Positions 10,801 to 22,727 of a DNA stretch of 64,000 bases are shown here, in pieces. The translations under genes and the position numbers were made by a program. Numbering within the stretch: position 1 is the first letter of the stretch; every line of letters starts with the position of its first letter. Origin of the DNA: Camelus dromedarius (Eukaryota); the NCBI RefSeq assembly GCF_036321535.1, contig NC_087439.1, positions 82,150,001 through 82,214,000 on the forward strand, read 5' to 3'. Below the pieces are notes generated by a model, which did not search any database, was not told the DNA's origin, and was given only the letters and a program-made list of their open reading frames with translations.

Positions 10801-11569
10801 TGGTCCCACAACCCCTGGCTACGCGAGGCTAGGGTTTATTAGACAGTCAGTTGTGGGGTTCAGAGGATCAGCAATCAATCCTCCGAATCCAGAGATTCAG
10901 TGCCTTGTCAGTATCCATACTCAGGGGGTTGGTAGGTTCGGTATTTGGGATGCCAAAGGAGTCTATCTTTTGATTCAAGGTTCATCAGCCAGAGGTTAGT
11001 TTTAGGACCCAGTTTCAGCCTATTAGGGTTTTTGCTAGGATTTGGGATGCATCAGAAGCGGATCAGTGTTAGTTCCGTACTTGGGATCCATTCTTCGGAT
11101 TGTAGTTAAATATTTGGGGCCCACTCAGAATTTGAGGTTCAGTATTCAGGGTTCACTGTTAGGTTTAAGGGGTTAACATTTAGAGTAAGAATACAACAAT
11201 TGGGAATAGGTGGCTTTAGGGTTTTGGTTTTTTGAGGTTTGGGGTCTGAGGTAGGCGTCTGTTGCTGAGTTTCTGAATTTGCTGAATTTGTGGCCAGAGG
11301 GAAGTCTGTTAGGGGTCAGACTGTGGGATATGAATTTCAGAATTGGGGTGGAATCATTGTGGGATTTGAAGGCCGTCTGGAATCTGAGCTGGGATTTGAG
11401 ATGTTTGGGATTTGTGAGGTGTTGTGTCCAGGGTGGATCTATATTGACTTCGCATTTACATCTTCGGAGAGGACTAAGTGTTGCTATTCGCGGTTTGGGG
11501 TTTGGTTGGGGTATGAGATCTGAGCCTGATTTCTCTGTCGGGATTTGAGGTTTAGGTTGTATTGCCATC

Positions 11570-11609
11570 ATGCTCAAAGCTGTGATCCTGATTGGAGGCC
11601 CTCAAAAGG
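11570..11609 (+). CDS. GMPPA: GMPPA coding exon 1
   Basis: [15 protein letters not shown]/gtgag. Confidence 0.93.
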
Positions 11610-14600
11610 GTGAGGAGCCAGGAGAATGGGGGGAGGAGGTTGGGCTAGAGTGGTTGGTAGGGTGGGGGCAGTGGGAGGCAGGAAGCTGAAATGTGCTTCT
11701 CTCTCCTCTCCCAGGGACTCGCTTCAGGCCTTTGTCTTTTGAGGTGCCCAAACCCCTATTCCCTGTGGCGGGGGTCCCTATGATCCAGCACCACATTGAA
11801 GCTTGCGCCCAGGTAACCCCATGGACTCCCCTCTCCCACCTCACTTCCTGCTCATCTCCTTCATGTTGTATTTTCCCTTTCCCAACCATGACCTTCCCAG
11901 GAGGCATAACTTCAGAGACCACCATTTACAAATGACACTGTGAGTGGCGCCCCCCAGAGTTCTGTAGTGCAGCCGCCCTGCTGTCTTCCCTTAATCTAGT
12001 CTCTCATCTGGCTTCAGGCTTAGATTTCCCTCCTTTTTTTAAAGCGTGGAATGTGAGATCAGCCAAGAATCTTAGAGACAATTTAATGCTGTAGCAGGGG
12101 AACTTTAATAGCAAAGTGCAGAACTTAAACCCTTGCTCTCTGTGGAGCTAATTTCTTTGTTGCTTTTGGTATTGGGACAGGCAAAGTTTTATTTGAATAC
12201 AGTCTCTGCCTGCTGCAAGGATTTGAGCAAATATCTCACCCTTCCTGAGCCTTAGTTTCCTTATCTGTTAAACGGGGGTGATTGGACCTGCTTTTTGGGG
12301 TGGCTAAGCTTGCAAAGATGTTTATAAAGTGCCTCGTAGGATGTAGGCACTTGGTATATGGTGTCCTCACCTCAAGCTCAGATTGACAGACAGTAAATAT
12401 GGTGGGGGGAATGAATGGATTATCCTTTAATGCAGCTTGGTATACAGAATCTTTCCTAGGGTGAGAACCAATTCAGTTGTGAGGGGGCAGGGGAATAATA
12501 GTATGATAAAAGATTAAAAGATCAGGGACTGAGACTCTCTCCAGTTTTCTCATTGTCCAGAGGAGAAAACAGGCCAAAGTGGTCAAGTGAGTGCCCTAGG
12601 GCCCCACAGCTGAGACTGTAACTGTGGTCTCTGGACTTCTGGGCTGGTAGTAGGGATCTCTCCCTCCTGTCATTCCTTCCAATCAAATTTTTTTTCTCCC
12701 AATCTCTTCTCTTGCCCTCAGGTCCCTGGGATGCAGGAGATTCTGCTCATTGGCTTCTACCAACCTGATGAGCCTCTTACCCGGTTCCTGGAAGCTGCCC
12801 AGCAGGAGTTTCACCTTCCCATCAGGTGTTTGTGCACATGTACTATATGGGGGTTGGGGGGAAGTGCCCTAAGCCTCTGAGTTCTCAAGAGTGGGTTGAG
12901 TCAGCATTTGCTGGACTCGCACGCTATGAGGATTCTTATTTGGGCATCTCTGAATCCCCGAGTTTATTGGTTTTCTCTGTGGGCCTTGGGCAGGTGTACA
13001 CCTGGAAGTAGAAAGAGTAGGGTGCCCAGGCTCGTGGAATCTGTCTCCTCTGATCTCACTGAGCTGGCCCTGGGGTCCCTGGGGACAGGTACTTGCAGGA
13101 ATTTGCCCCTCTGGGCACAGGTGGTGGTCTCTACCATTTCCGGGACCAGATTCTGGCTGGAGGCCCCGAGGCCTTCTTCGTGCTCAACGCTGACGTCTGC
13201 TCCGACTTCCCCTTGAGCGCTATGTTGGATGCCCACAGACACCAGCCTCACCCTTTCTTGCTCCTTGGCACCACGGTGAGGGTGCAGAGTGGGGGATCCA
13301 GAGAGGTTTCTGGAATGCAGGGTATTGGGGAGGCAGGGGCAGCCCAGGAGGTTGGAGTGGGGTCAGGCATCAGGAGGGAGATATTCCAGAAACCCCAGTG
13401 GTGATGGCAGTGGCAGTGGAGACCCTGAGCCCTGTGGTTGCTTAGCAGTCAGGAGCAAGGGAGGGGTGGGGGCAGCTGTCAGTTCTCACCCTTGCTGAAG
13501 GCCTGTCCCTGGTGGAGCTGGGTGCCAGGTGCTATAGGGGAGGGAAAGAAAGAGAGAGAAAACTGACCTTGCTGCCCTGGAGCTGGCGGGTCACTGTCCT
13601 GGTGTGTCTGTCTTTCAGGCTAACAGGACACAATCCCTCAACTATGGCTGCATTGTAGAGAATCCACAGACGCATGAGGTGAGAGCAGAGACAGGGCTGG
13701 CCCAGCACTTGCTCTGTTCATCACCATTCCCCAGCTCCTCCTCCTGGAGAGGAAGCTGGAATGCTGTGGCGTGGGCCCCAGTCTTGTCAGACAGGTGGGG
13801 TATACCCTTGGTTGTTCTTTATATCCCTTCTGGAGAGATTGATGAGAATGAAGGGGTAACAGTTAATTTCCATGGGTGTGGTGCTTCAGTAGATGTATGA
13901 TTAGGGTACTTTGGGAACATGAAAGGAGTCCTAACCAAGCTTTGCCTGGGTAGGGGTGGGGAGGGCTCCCTGGAGAAAGTGAGGTCTGAGCAGAATTAAA
14001 TTTATGTAGATGAAGAAGAAGACAGAAAGGCATTGCAGGTAGAGGGAACGGCATGTGCAGAGGCCTGGAGGCAGGAAACAGCATAGCCTCTCCAGAATTA
14101 CGGCGGTCAGTACATAATCAGCAAGGCAGAGGGTCTCTGTCCCTGTTTGTGACACTCCCTGCTCCTGAGCCTGGCTGACTTTCATGCCCCCCTTATATTT
14201 GTTCAAGCTTTAGTATTAAAAAACATGTAAGAACACACAGGCATATGGATTTTATTTTTAAGTTTTGTGCTAGGCACTGGCTAGGTGTAGAAGAAACAGA
14301 GCCAAAGGACAATCCTTGCTTCTCAGGAACCCTTGGACTACTGGGAGAGACAGTCAAAAACCAACCATTGCAAATGACACCAGTACTAACAGTGGGGTAT
14401 GGTCAGAGGCCAGGGGTGCCCAGACTTGAGAAGCTAACTCTAGGGCAGATCAGAGTGGACTCATGCAGGAAGTGACAATGCCAGCTTGGTTTTGAAGGCT
14501 GAGGTTTCCAGATGAAGAGATGGGAACAGGCATTCCAGGCGTAGGCGTGCAATAGCATGGAGCTGGGTTCTGGGAGCACGAGGAGGTAGGGAGGGGAAAG

Positions 14601-17400
14601 GCATGTCGTTCGGACTTATCTTGAAGGTGAAGACTAGTGGCATGCAGCCTGCATTTTAGGAAGACCACTCTGGCAGCTGGGAGGACCTGGAGATCAGAGG
14701 CTCTTAGGAGGCCGTGGCAGTGGCCTCTCCACTGAACCCAGCCCACTCTGTCCTCAGGTCCTGCACTATGTGGAGAAACCCAGCACGTTTGTCAGTGACA
14801 TCATCAACTGCGGCATCTACCTCTTTTCCCCAGAAGCCCTGAAGCCCCTCGGGGATGTCTTCCAGCGTAATCAGCAGGATGGGCAACTGTGAGGCAGACC
14901 CCATGGCCTTGTAACCCCTGGTCCCCAGTCTCAAACCCCTCCCCCCAAGTCTCTGCAGGCTGCAGCTCCACCCGCTCACCTTCCTTCTCCCTTCTCTCCA
15001 CTTGTCATCTCCATCCGAGCCTCCCAGCCCCTCCCTGCCTAACCTCATTCTGTCCCTCTTCCTTATCCATCCCAGTTCCTCTTCTGTCACTGCCTGCCCA
15101 CTCCCCTTCTGGTCCATTTCTCTCAAGCCCTGAGTGTCCCAGAGATGTCTTTCAGAACAGACGGCAACACACACACTTGGGTGCACACAGGCTTGGGTGC
15201 AGACACACATACACATACACACACACACATACACTCAGGCTGAGGCTCCCCTTGGAGCATAGTGCCCCTGCTCACCACAAGCCGCAGTCCAGAGGTCATC
15301 CTCCTAAGGCCTCGGTGATGTCCCTTCTGTGGATCCCTGCCTTTGCTCCCTCCTTCCCCGCCCATCTCCCCATCTCATGCTTCATTCACTCATCTCACTC
15401 CCACCCATCTCTCTGCTTCTCTCTCCATCTCTCCTGGCCTCTCTGTCTGTTTCTGCTGAGCTGGCATCTCTACCATCTCTTTCTCCCTTTCTTTCTGTGA
15501 CTGTCTCTGACCTCACCAGCTGCCTTCCTCTGGGGTGAGTCTGTCTGTGTTTCATTCCATCCAGTGAGAGGGAGGGTGCCTGGAGGCGGGGTTCAGAGGA
15601 GTGGATGGGGAGGAGAATGGCAATGGTGGGAAGCCAGCTCTGGTCAAACTCCTGGACGTGGGGCGGGATGGGCTGCAGGTCTGTACTAAGTTGGGGAGGA
15701 GAGGGGTGAGGAGTATGAGGGTGGTGTGGGAGCTTCCTGAGATGTGAGCATCCCTTTGGAGTGGATCGGACCAGACCTGGAAAGGTGGTGGGATTCCCTC
15801 TGAGTCCTATACCCAAGAGACTGAGTTGGCCCCCATTCAGGCTCAGCTGGGGAATTGATGTCAGCATCCCTTCCTCTCTGCCAGGGAGGACTGTTCAGGC
15901 TTGTGGCCCGGGGCAGGTACCATCCGCCTGGAGCAGGATGTGTTCTCAGCCCTGGCTGGGCAGGGCCAGATCTACGTGCACCTCACTGATGGTATCTGGA
16001 GCCAGATCAAATCTGCAGGGTATTGGAGGGGCCCCTGATGGGATGGTTCGGTCGCCTGGTGGTTGAGACTTTGAGGTGGTGGTCACAGCCTCCTGAGCCC
16101 CTGCTCCACTCTGTGTCCCCCAGCTCAGCCCTTTACGCCTCCCGCCTCTATCTGAGCCAGTACCAGATCACTCACCCAGAACGCCTGGCCAAGCACACTC
16201 CAGGGGGTCCACGAATTCGAGGTACCCACCCCAAGTCCTAACCTTTGCCCACCACTCCAGCCCCCTATCTACCCTCTGAGCTGTGACTCCTGACCTCAGA
16301 TCCAGAGGTGAAGTCTCAATCCCTGCCCTCCCTGAACCAGATATGGTTTAGGGTATTTGCCCCCAGGTCCTCTCTTCTGCTTCTAGGAAACGTTTATATC
16401 CACCCAACAGCTAAGGTGGCCCCATCTGCTGTGGTAAGTAGTGGGCCAGCCCTGGGAAAGGAAGGTGGCTGGCAGGATGGGTGGGGTGGTGCAGATGCCT
16501 CCTGAGCCCAGAGGGCTGGCCTCCCTCCCCACTTTGTCACAGCCTCAAGCAGTCCCTTCCCCCTTGGGACTGGATTTGGGGCCCTCCAAGGCCCGCCAAG
16601 GCTTATTATGTGTGCTCTTTTCCACAGCTGGGCCCAAACGTCTCCATCGGGGAAGGGGTGACTGTGGGCGAGGGTGTGAGGCTCCGAGAGAGCATTGTCC
16701 TCCATGGAGCCACACTGCAGGTAGGCACCTGGCACATATAGCAGGGCATAGGGCCCCAGGAGGCTGAGGGTGGGGGTGAACCCTGTAGGCTCTGCATCTG
16801 GCCCTCATCACCCTCTCCCCTCACATCATCCTGTTTGGCAGGAACACACGTGTGTGCTACACAGCATTGTGGGCTGGGGGAGCACTGTGGGTCGCTGGGC
16901 CCGCGTGGAGGGTACCCCCAACGATCCCAATCCCAATGACCCCCGAGCCCACATGGACAGTGAGAGCCTCTTCAAAGATGGGAAGCTGCTGCCCGCCATC
17001 ACCATCCTAGGTACGGCCTCCCAGGGCCCGAGGCTGAGAAACCTCCACAGGTGATGGCCATGCCCTGCGGGGCCATTTGTTCATCTGCGTGTATGTGTGC
17101 GTGTGCGTGTGCGTGTATGTATTCCTTTAGAAAACATTTACCAAATGTCTGCTGTGTGCCAGGTCCTGTGTGAGTCACAGGGGGCATGAGGCCAGGACAC
17201 AGGTGGGCAGGGAAGGGTCCCTCTGGGATGGCCCCCAGCTCTTTACCCCTGGCCTCCCCTCCCCACGGCCTCCCCCTTGTGCCCTCAACCACACTGCAGG
17301 CTGCCGCGTCCGGATCCCTGCCGAGGTGCTCATCCTGAACTCGATTGTTCTGCCACACAAGGAGCTGAGCCGCAGCTTCACCAACCAGATCATCCTCTGA
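11570..17400 (+). CDS. GMPPA: GDP-mannose pyrophosphorylase A (mannose-1-phosphate guanyltransferase alpha), 420 aa
   Basis: join(11570..11609,11715..11812,12722..12825,13089..13275,13619..13678,14758..14888,15885..16019,16124..16221,16387..16433,16628..16720,16842..17010,17300..17400) = 1263 nt; [21 protein letters not shown]...FTNQIIL*. Confidence 0.97.
11715..11812 (+). CDS. GMPPA: GMPPA coding exon 2
   Basis: [19 protein letters not shown]; CAG/gtaac. Confidence 0.95.
12180..12360 (+). mobile_element. MIR SINE
   Basis: ctgagccttagtttccttatctgttaaacggg...aaagtgcct. Confidence 0.65.
12722..12825 (+). CDS. GMPPA: GMPPA coding exon 3
   Basis: [14 protein letters not shown]; AG/gtgtt. Confidence 0.93.
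13089..13275 (+). CDS. GMPPA: GMPPA coding exon 4
   Basis: [19 protein letters not shown]; ACG/gtgag. Confidence 0.95.
13619..13678 (+). CDS. GMPPA: GMPPA coding exon 5
   Basis: [20 protein letters not shown]. Confidence 0.94.
13905..14620 (-). mobile_element. L2 LINE fragments
   Basis: tgtgctaggcactgg; gcaggtagagggaacggcatgtgcagaggcc (L2-like). Confidence 0.55.
14758..14888 (+). CDS. GMPPA: GMPPA coding exon 6
   Basis: [21 protein letters not shown]. Confidence 0.94.
15885..16019 (+). CDS. GMPPA: GMPPA coding exon 7
   Basis: [20 protein letters not shown]...QIKSAG. Confidence 0.94.
16124..16221 (+). CDS. GMPPA: GMPPA coding exon 8
   Basis: [10 protein letters not shown]...GPRIRG. Confidence 0.94.
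16387..16433 (+). CDS. GMPPA: GMPPA coding exon 9
   Basis: [15 protein letters not shown]/gtaagt. Confidence 0.94.
16628..16720 (+). CDS. GMPPA: GMPPA coding exon 10
   Basis: [22 protein letters not shown] (left-handed beta helix). Confidence 0.94.
16842..17010 (+). CDS. GMPPA: GMPPA coding exon 11
   Basis: [12 protein letters not shown]...AITILG. Confidence 0.94.
17300..17400 (+). CDS. GMPPA: GMPPA last coding exon
   Basis: [22 protein letters not shown]...IIL TGA. Confidence 0.95.
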
Positions 17401-17567
17401 GTGGGGCTGCCAGAGGGCCCCCCCAACTCCTATCTGCTCCCCTGAGGCTGCAGCCTGCTCAGCCAGCCTCTGTCCAGGAGGGACTGGAGGAAACCAGGCA
17501 GGCGCTCCACACTCAAGGCGGGCAACGTGGGTGGCCGGGGGACTCCTGGCCTCCGTCTCCACTCCCT

Positions 17568-17573
17568 AATAAA
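17568..17573 (+). terminator. GMPPA poly(A) signal AATAAA
   Basis: AATAAA 168 nt after the stop codon. Confidence 0.75.
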
Positions 17574-20500
17574 CCCGGGTGAACCTTGGAGCCAGCACGG
17601 ACTCCGCTTGTGCCTGGGCTGGGGGTGAGGGCGGAAGTGGGGCAGCTGAGTCAGGCCCCCCCACATTAGCATTTAAATTGGAGTCGTTGCTGCAGGCTCA
17701 TGAATAATGAATCTGGAGCCCTGGTAAATGTCCCCCTCCCACTGCCTCAGCCTCTTGCGCTGCTCTGGAAGAAGGCCCTCAAGGCTCCCAGCCCGCTGGC
17801 CCCCGCCTTCACCCCTACCCCGACGCTGCCTCCCTGTTCCCCTTCACTGGGCCTGGCTCAGGCTCCGGGAGTGTAAGATTCCGAAGGGCTGGGGGAAGGA
17901 TTTTGGTTGGGCGGTGAGGTGCGGGCAGCAGGCACAGGGGCTGGGAGCTGTGGGCCCGTGGTTGGATTACCAGGCACACGTTTTTCTTGGTTCCTGCCGA
18001 GCCCCAGCCTCGGCCCGTTTTCCGCTTTGCCAGCTCCATCTGCTCCCAGCCTGGCTCTTGGCGGGGTTGGGGTTTCTCCGAACCCCCCACCCCCACCCCC
18101 GGCCCGGAGTCCTGATGTCTGTCTCCTACTCTCATGGCAGGCGGGTGGGTCCGAGCTGGTATCTTTCTCTCCAGAAAGAACCAAAGTGGGAGCTACTGTT
18201 TTGGGAAGGGGGGCCCCTGGCCACCTCTCACCACCCTGGCTCTGGCCTTTGGTGTGGGAGGTGGGGTCTCAGTCTTCCTTCTACATTCCTTAAGCCCCAG
18301 AGAAACCCAGCCTTCTCTCATGTTTGCCCATGACCCCCTTGTGCCCCTCCTGGTGCCCCCCTTTCCCCAGCTGTGGGTGCGGAGCTTAGTTGCCAGATGA
18401 GCTGGTAATGATCGTAATCTGCTAATTGAGAGGAATCTAATTACCCGAAGAGAATGGGGGGGCAGGGCGTGGGTGGGAGGAAGGATGGGGTCCTGGCAGC
18501 AGGCATGGGTGGCAGGCGGCAGGGTGCTGGGGCCTGGTTGTCAGCACCAGGGTCTGGGACAGAGCCCAGGATTTCAGAGCTTCTTAGCTGGGCAGTTAGA
18601 AAATACTTTCTCAGGAGCTGGGCTGAGGGTGACCTGGGGACTGGGGCTAGGTGTGACCTCCCAGCCGTTGTAGGCCCTTCAGGCTGTGTCAGCACATGAT
18701 GAATCCACCAGGGACTATAGCAGTCCTGACCGACAACCTGCCTTGACTCAGCCCCTTTCCCAGTTGGTTCCTGGTTCCTCTGGTCTCTGCCTCCAGCCCA
18801 GACCTTCTGTCATCTCTGTGTGGGGTCTAGAGGGGGCTGCAGATGCCAACTGTGGGCCTGGGGTCAACCCTCTGAGGGGAGGGCTGGGAAAGGGTGAGCC
18901 ACAGGGCCAGGGGCTAGGTCCCTTCCTTTCCTCCCCGGAGTCCTGACCCTTCTGTTCGATGTGGTTGGCAGAGGCCATGGCAGCTTCATCATAAATATGA
19001 TAATTTAATTATTTTCTCAGCAAAACACCGTGAAATCCAATAAGTCTGTGTCAGGCCCTGGCCCCCAGGAGCCCCCTCCTGGCCCAGTGGGGGTGGGGAC
19101 AGGCACTGGAAGGGGAAAGGGTCAGTGTTTGAAGTGGAGGGGGGCTAGGAAGCGGAGGTCTCGGCAGCGGCCCCCCCAGGCGGATGGAGTCACAGTTGTA
19201 TGTGTGTGCTCAGGTGGAGGGAGTCTAAGGAGAGAGGCTGCAATGGTTCCCGCTCCTCTCCAGCCTCGTCTGCCCTGGGAGGGGCCTAGCACCCCTCTAC
19301 CTCTGGTGGCACAGACCAGAGCCCAGGATGTGGGAGCACCCTGCCTCTGGAGGGAAGAGCAGGGAGACCCCTTCACCACCTCTGGGACCTCATGGGCTCT
19401 GGAGGGGTAGGAGGGTGCTGGCCCCGAGAACGGAGGGAACTGGGGTGGGAAGTAGGGGATGAGGGGGGAGGGATGCGGGGGAGGGGTGCGTTCCTGCCAT
19501 TAGTGCTTTTTTCGGTTTCCATAAAAAGATTATTCTGTAAAATCAGTGAGGGGGAGCGAGCTGGGGGCCGGGGAGGGGGCGGGTCCCTGGCACCAAGCTG
19601 GATGGGGTGACAGAGGAGAGCTGGGGACGGGACAAGAGCATGGAGAGAAATTTGGATGGACTTCAGGAGCCAGCCAGGGGGAGAGGCCGAGCCAAGAACA
19701 CAGATTCCGGGGAGGCTGGCCAGGATGGGGTGGGGCGGGGGCAGGGCCCTCATCTCCCTCCTGCCCGGGCCTCATTCCCACCCTCATCTCCATCCCCTCC
19801 CCCTGGCACTTAGCAGCCATTATGGGGGAGCAGATTGCAGCCCCCTCCCCCTCTCCGGGAAGCAGGCACAGCTGGGGCCCCGCCACATCTGCCGCATCAG
19901 CACAGAGCACAGCTGGGTGTGCCCAGAGCTGCGCTCCACAAAACACAAAGTGGGGGCGGGGGCCAAGGAGAGCCCAGACCCCTGAGACAGACACACTGAC
20001 ACCTCTGCCAACAGACACAGACTCCTCGAGGCGAAGCTACACCCACCACCACACACGATCCCTCGTGTGCAGAGACGGGAGAACTGACAAACATGCAATT
20101 ACTCTGCCCCGCCCGCCACCCCCGCCCCTTCCTCCTCCCTTCCCTTCCCTCCAGGCTCCCCTCCACCACCCCGGCCACCTCTGAACTGCCCTCATCTCTC
20201 ATCTGGAGGGAGCCGGAGCTTCACCCTTCCCAAGCACACCCTTCTGGGAGGCTTGGAGAACCAGAGGGCAGAGGGTGGTAAGGGGCATACTGATCTGAGG
20301 CTGGAGCCTGGGGAAGCCACTGTCCTCCCCCCATACTGATGCCCCTCCCCACAAAGAAACCCCCTCTGAAATGCTGGTCCTTGCTTCTCTGGATGTGATG
20401 GGTCTCCATGCCAGGGTGGGCTGGCTTGGCACTCTTGACTGTTGTCGAGTTCCCCTTAACACTGTGTTCCATCGGCCACCTCAAGGAGGCGCTGCATGTG

Positions 20501-22555
20501 CTGCACGTCCAAGTTTTAGCCAGAGCTCAGCAGCTCCCAGGGCCGGCACCTGCCTCTTCCCCCCTTCCCAATAGTCTGCCAGTTCCCTCCTCTCAGCAAT
20601 GCACCCCTCCATTTAGCTCTGCTACCCTGACAGGTGCAGGGTGTGAGGGCTCCGTCATTAGTGGAAAAGACCCCCTCACCATCAGAGATGTTCAGAAGTC
20701 CCTTCTTCCTGCCACTGCCTCCCCCCAACAGGCAATGACCACCTCTGGCCTCTGATTAAATCCTCTTGCAGCCCTTGTTTCTCACAGTCATCTCCTTGGC
20801 CCTGATGTCTTGCCCTCAACCCTCCCGTCCCTGCATCCCCTCATCCTCGAGTCCCACGCCGAGCACCCCCCACCGCTGCCCCTCAGAGCTTTAATCCCTC
20901 CTGCTGCTGTGCCGCCTTATCTGCTCCTAGCAGCTTTCACTGCTGCAAAGCCCTCTCCCCCGCCTTCCCTGGATCTTCTTCCCCCTCCTTCCCATTTTCT
21001 CTCCTCTCTGACCAGCACCCACCACTCGCCTGTCTCTGCCTCACGCCCCCATGATGACTCCTGGCTGACACCAGATCTGCACCCCGGTGCCCTTTGCCCT
21101 CTCTCCAGCCTCAGCTCCGAGGTTGCCAGCTGCCCACCCACTACCCACACTGGCTTCTTCCCTCCCCTCCCCTCCCCTCCCCCACAGGCCCCACAGACTT
21201 GGTCAGTTTCTGTCCAGCCAAGATTTTTCGTCTTTCTTTCTTCCCTGTCCTCCCTCCCAGTTCCTCCAGCCACCCCTTGATCTTGGACCTGGTCCTCTTC
21301 AATCCCAGTGACCAGCTGTCTCGGCTTCGGCATCCCCAAAATGGGATGCGGTGATATGGATTGTTGGTACCAGCCACAGGAGACGGGTCAGGGCTGGGCT
21401 GGGCTGGGCTGGCCCTAGGACAGGGTTGGAGGTGCAGAGTGCTGGCGGGCAGTGGGGGCAGGGCCTGGCTGCGGGACGCTAACCCTCTTCAGTTGCCTCA
21501 GATCACGTCCAGGCCTCCCCACCCCCTTCACTGGGACTCTCATTAACCGCTTCTCCTGCCTCGTCCGCGGCATAAATAACCCAGATAAATCAGCCGCCGT
21601 CCGCCCCCCGCCCCTCGGCCCCCGCACAGCCCGTTTGTCACCGCTGCTCGCTCACCAGCCAGGCCTGGCCCAGTCCCGGCCTCCACCCCCCCATCCCTGT
21701 CCCTTCCCGCCCACGTCTGTCCCACACTGGCTTATGCCTTGGTCCACACCAGAGCCAGGCCTCGGACAGGTGTCTGGGCTGGGGAGGGTAGCAAGGGGGT
21801 GTACTCTAGGAGCAGAGAGAGGCCGAGGACTCTCCCCAGGAGAATGCCATCTGGGAGACTGGGGGTCATGTCTTTTATGAACGAGGCCACCCAGGCAGGG
21901 AGTCTGAGGCCCACAAATGGTGGGAAGGGGCCAAAGCAGCTCAGCTTGGGGGATCCTATGCTGGGAGAAGAGGCAACCCCAAGAGCCAGGGTGCAGGATG
22001 AGCCTTGGAGGCTCCTTGGAACCCCCAAGCTGGATCCTGGGAGGTCTCCAGACCTACCTTTTGGAGCATTTTGCCCAAATAAAAGCCTCCATGCCCCCTG
22101 CCAGGTGTTCTGAGTCAGAACCCACCTGCCCTCTGTCAGCTCTCAGCCTCCATTCCCATCCCCAGCCTTGTGAGGTTGTAACAAGGGACACTCTAATCTC
22201 TGCGTCTCAGTCCATCCACCGTTCTCTTTCAGTCGGGAAGCCTAGTTCAGCCCTTGGGTGGGGGGTGGGTTGGTGGACAATTGGACTGGGAACAAATCTG
22301 GGGAATGGGGACAACTGGAGGGTGGAGGACGCCTGGCTGAGGCTTCACATCCTGACCCTGTACCTCTCCAATACCGCCCCTGCCCCCGGCACCCTGCACC
22401 CACACTCCCACCTCCAGAGTCCTGCGCGGACCCTCCCCCCTTGCTTGCACTCTGCTAGGGTCCTGGCCAGCCACACTTGGCCCTGATGCTCACTGCAGGG
22501 GGCAGCTGGTCCCCTGGGAGCGGGTGGGGGAAGCCTGGAAGGGATGGGGGAGCTT

Positions 22556-22727
22556 NNNNNNNNNNNNNNNNNNNNNNNNNNNNNNNNNNNNNNNNNNNNN
22601 NNNNNNNNNNNNNNNNNNNNNNNNNNNNNNNNNNNNNNNNNNNNNNNNNNNNNNNNNNNNNNNNNNNNNNNNNNNNNNNNNNNNNNNNNNNNNNNNNNNN
22701 NNNNNNNNNNNNNNNNNNNNNNNNNNN
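22556..22727. other. Assembly gap (172 N)
   Basis: N run. Confidence 0.99.

Noticed and set aside
15263-15534. Longer 272-nt GMPPA cassette exon (PAHHKPQ...) using the same donor
   Set aside because: Not a multiple of 3 and has an in-frame TGA at 15498-15500, so it could only be a poison exon; the 15-nt version fits better.
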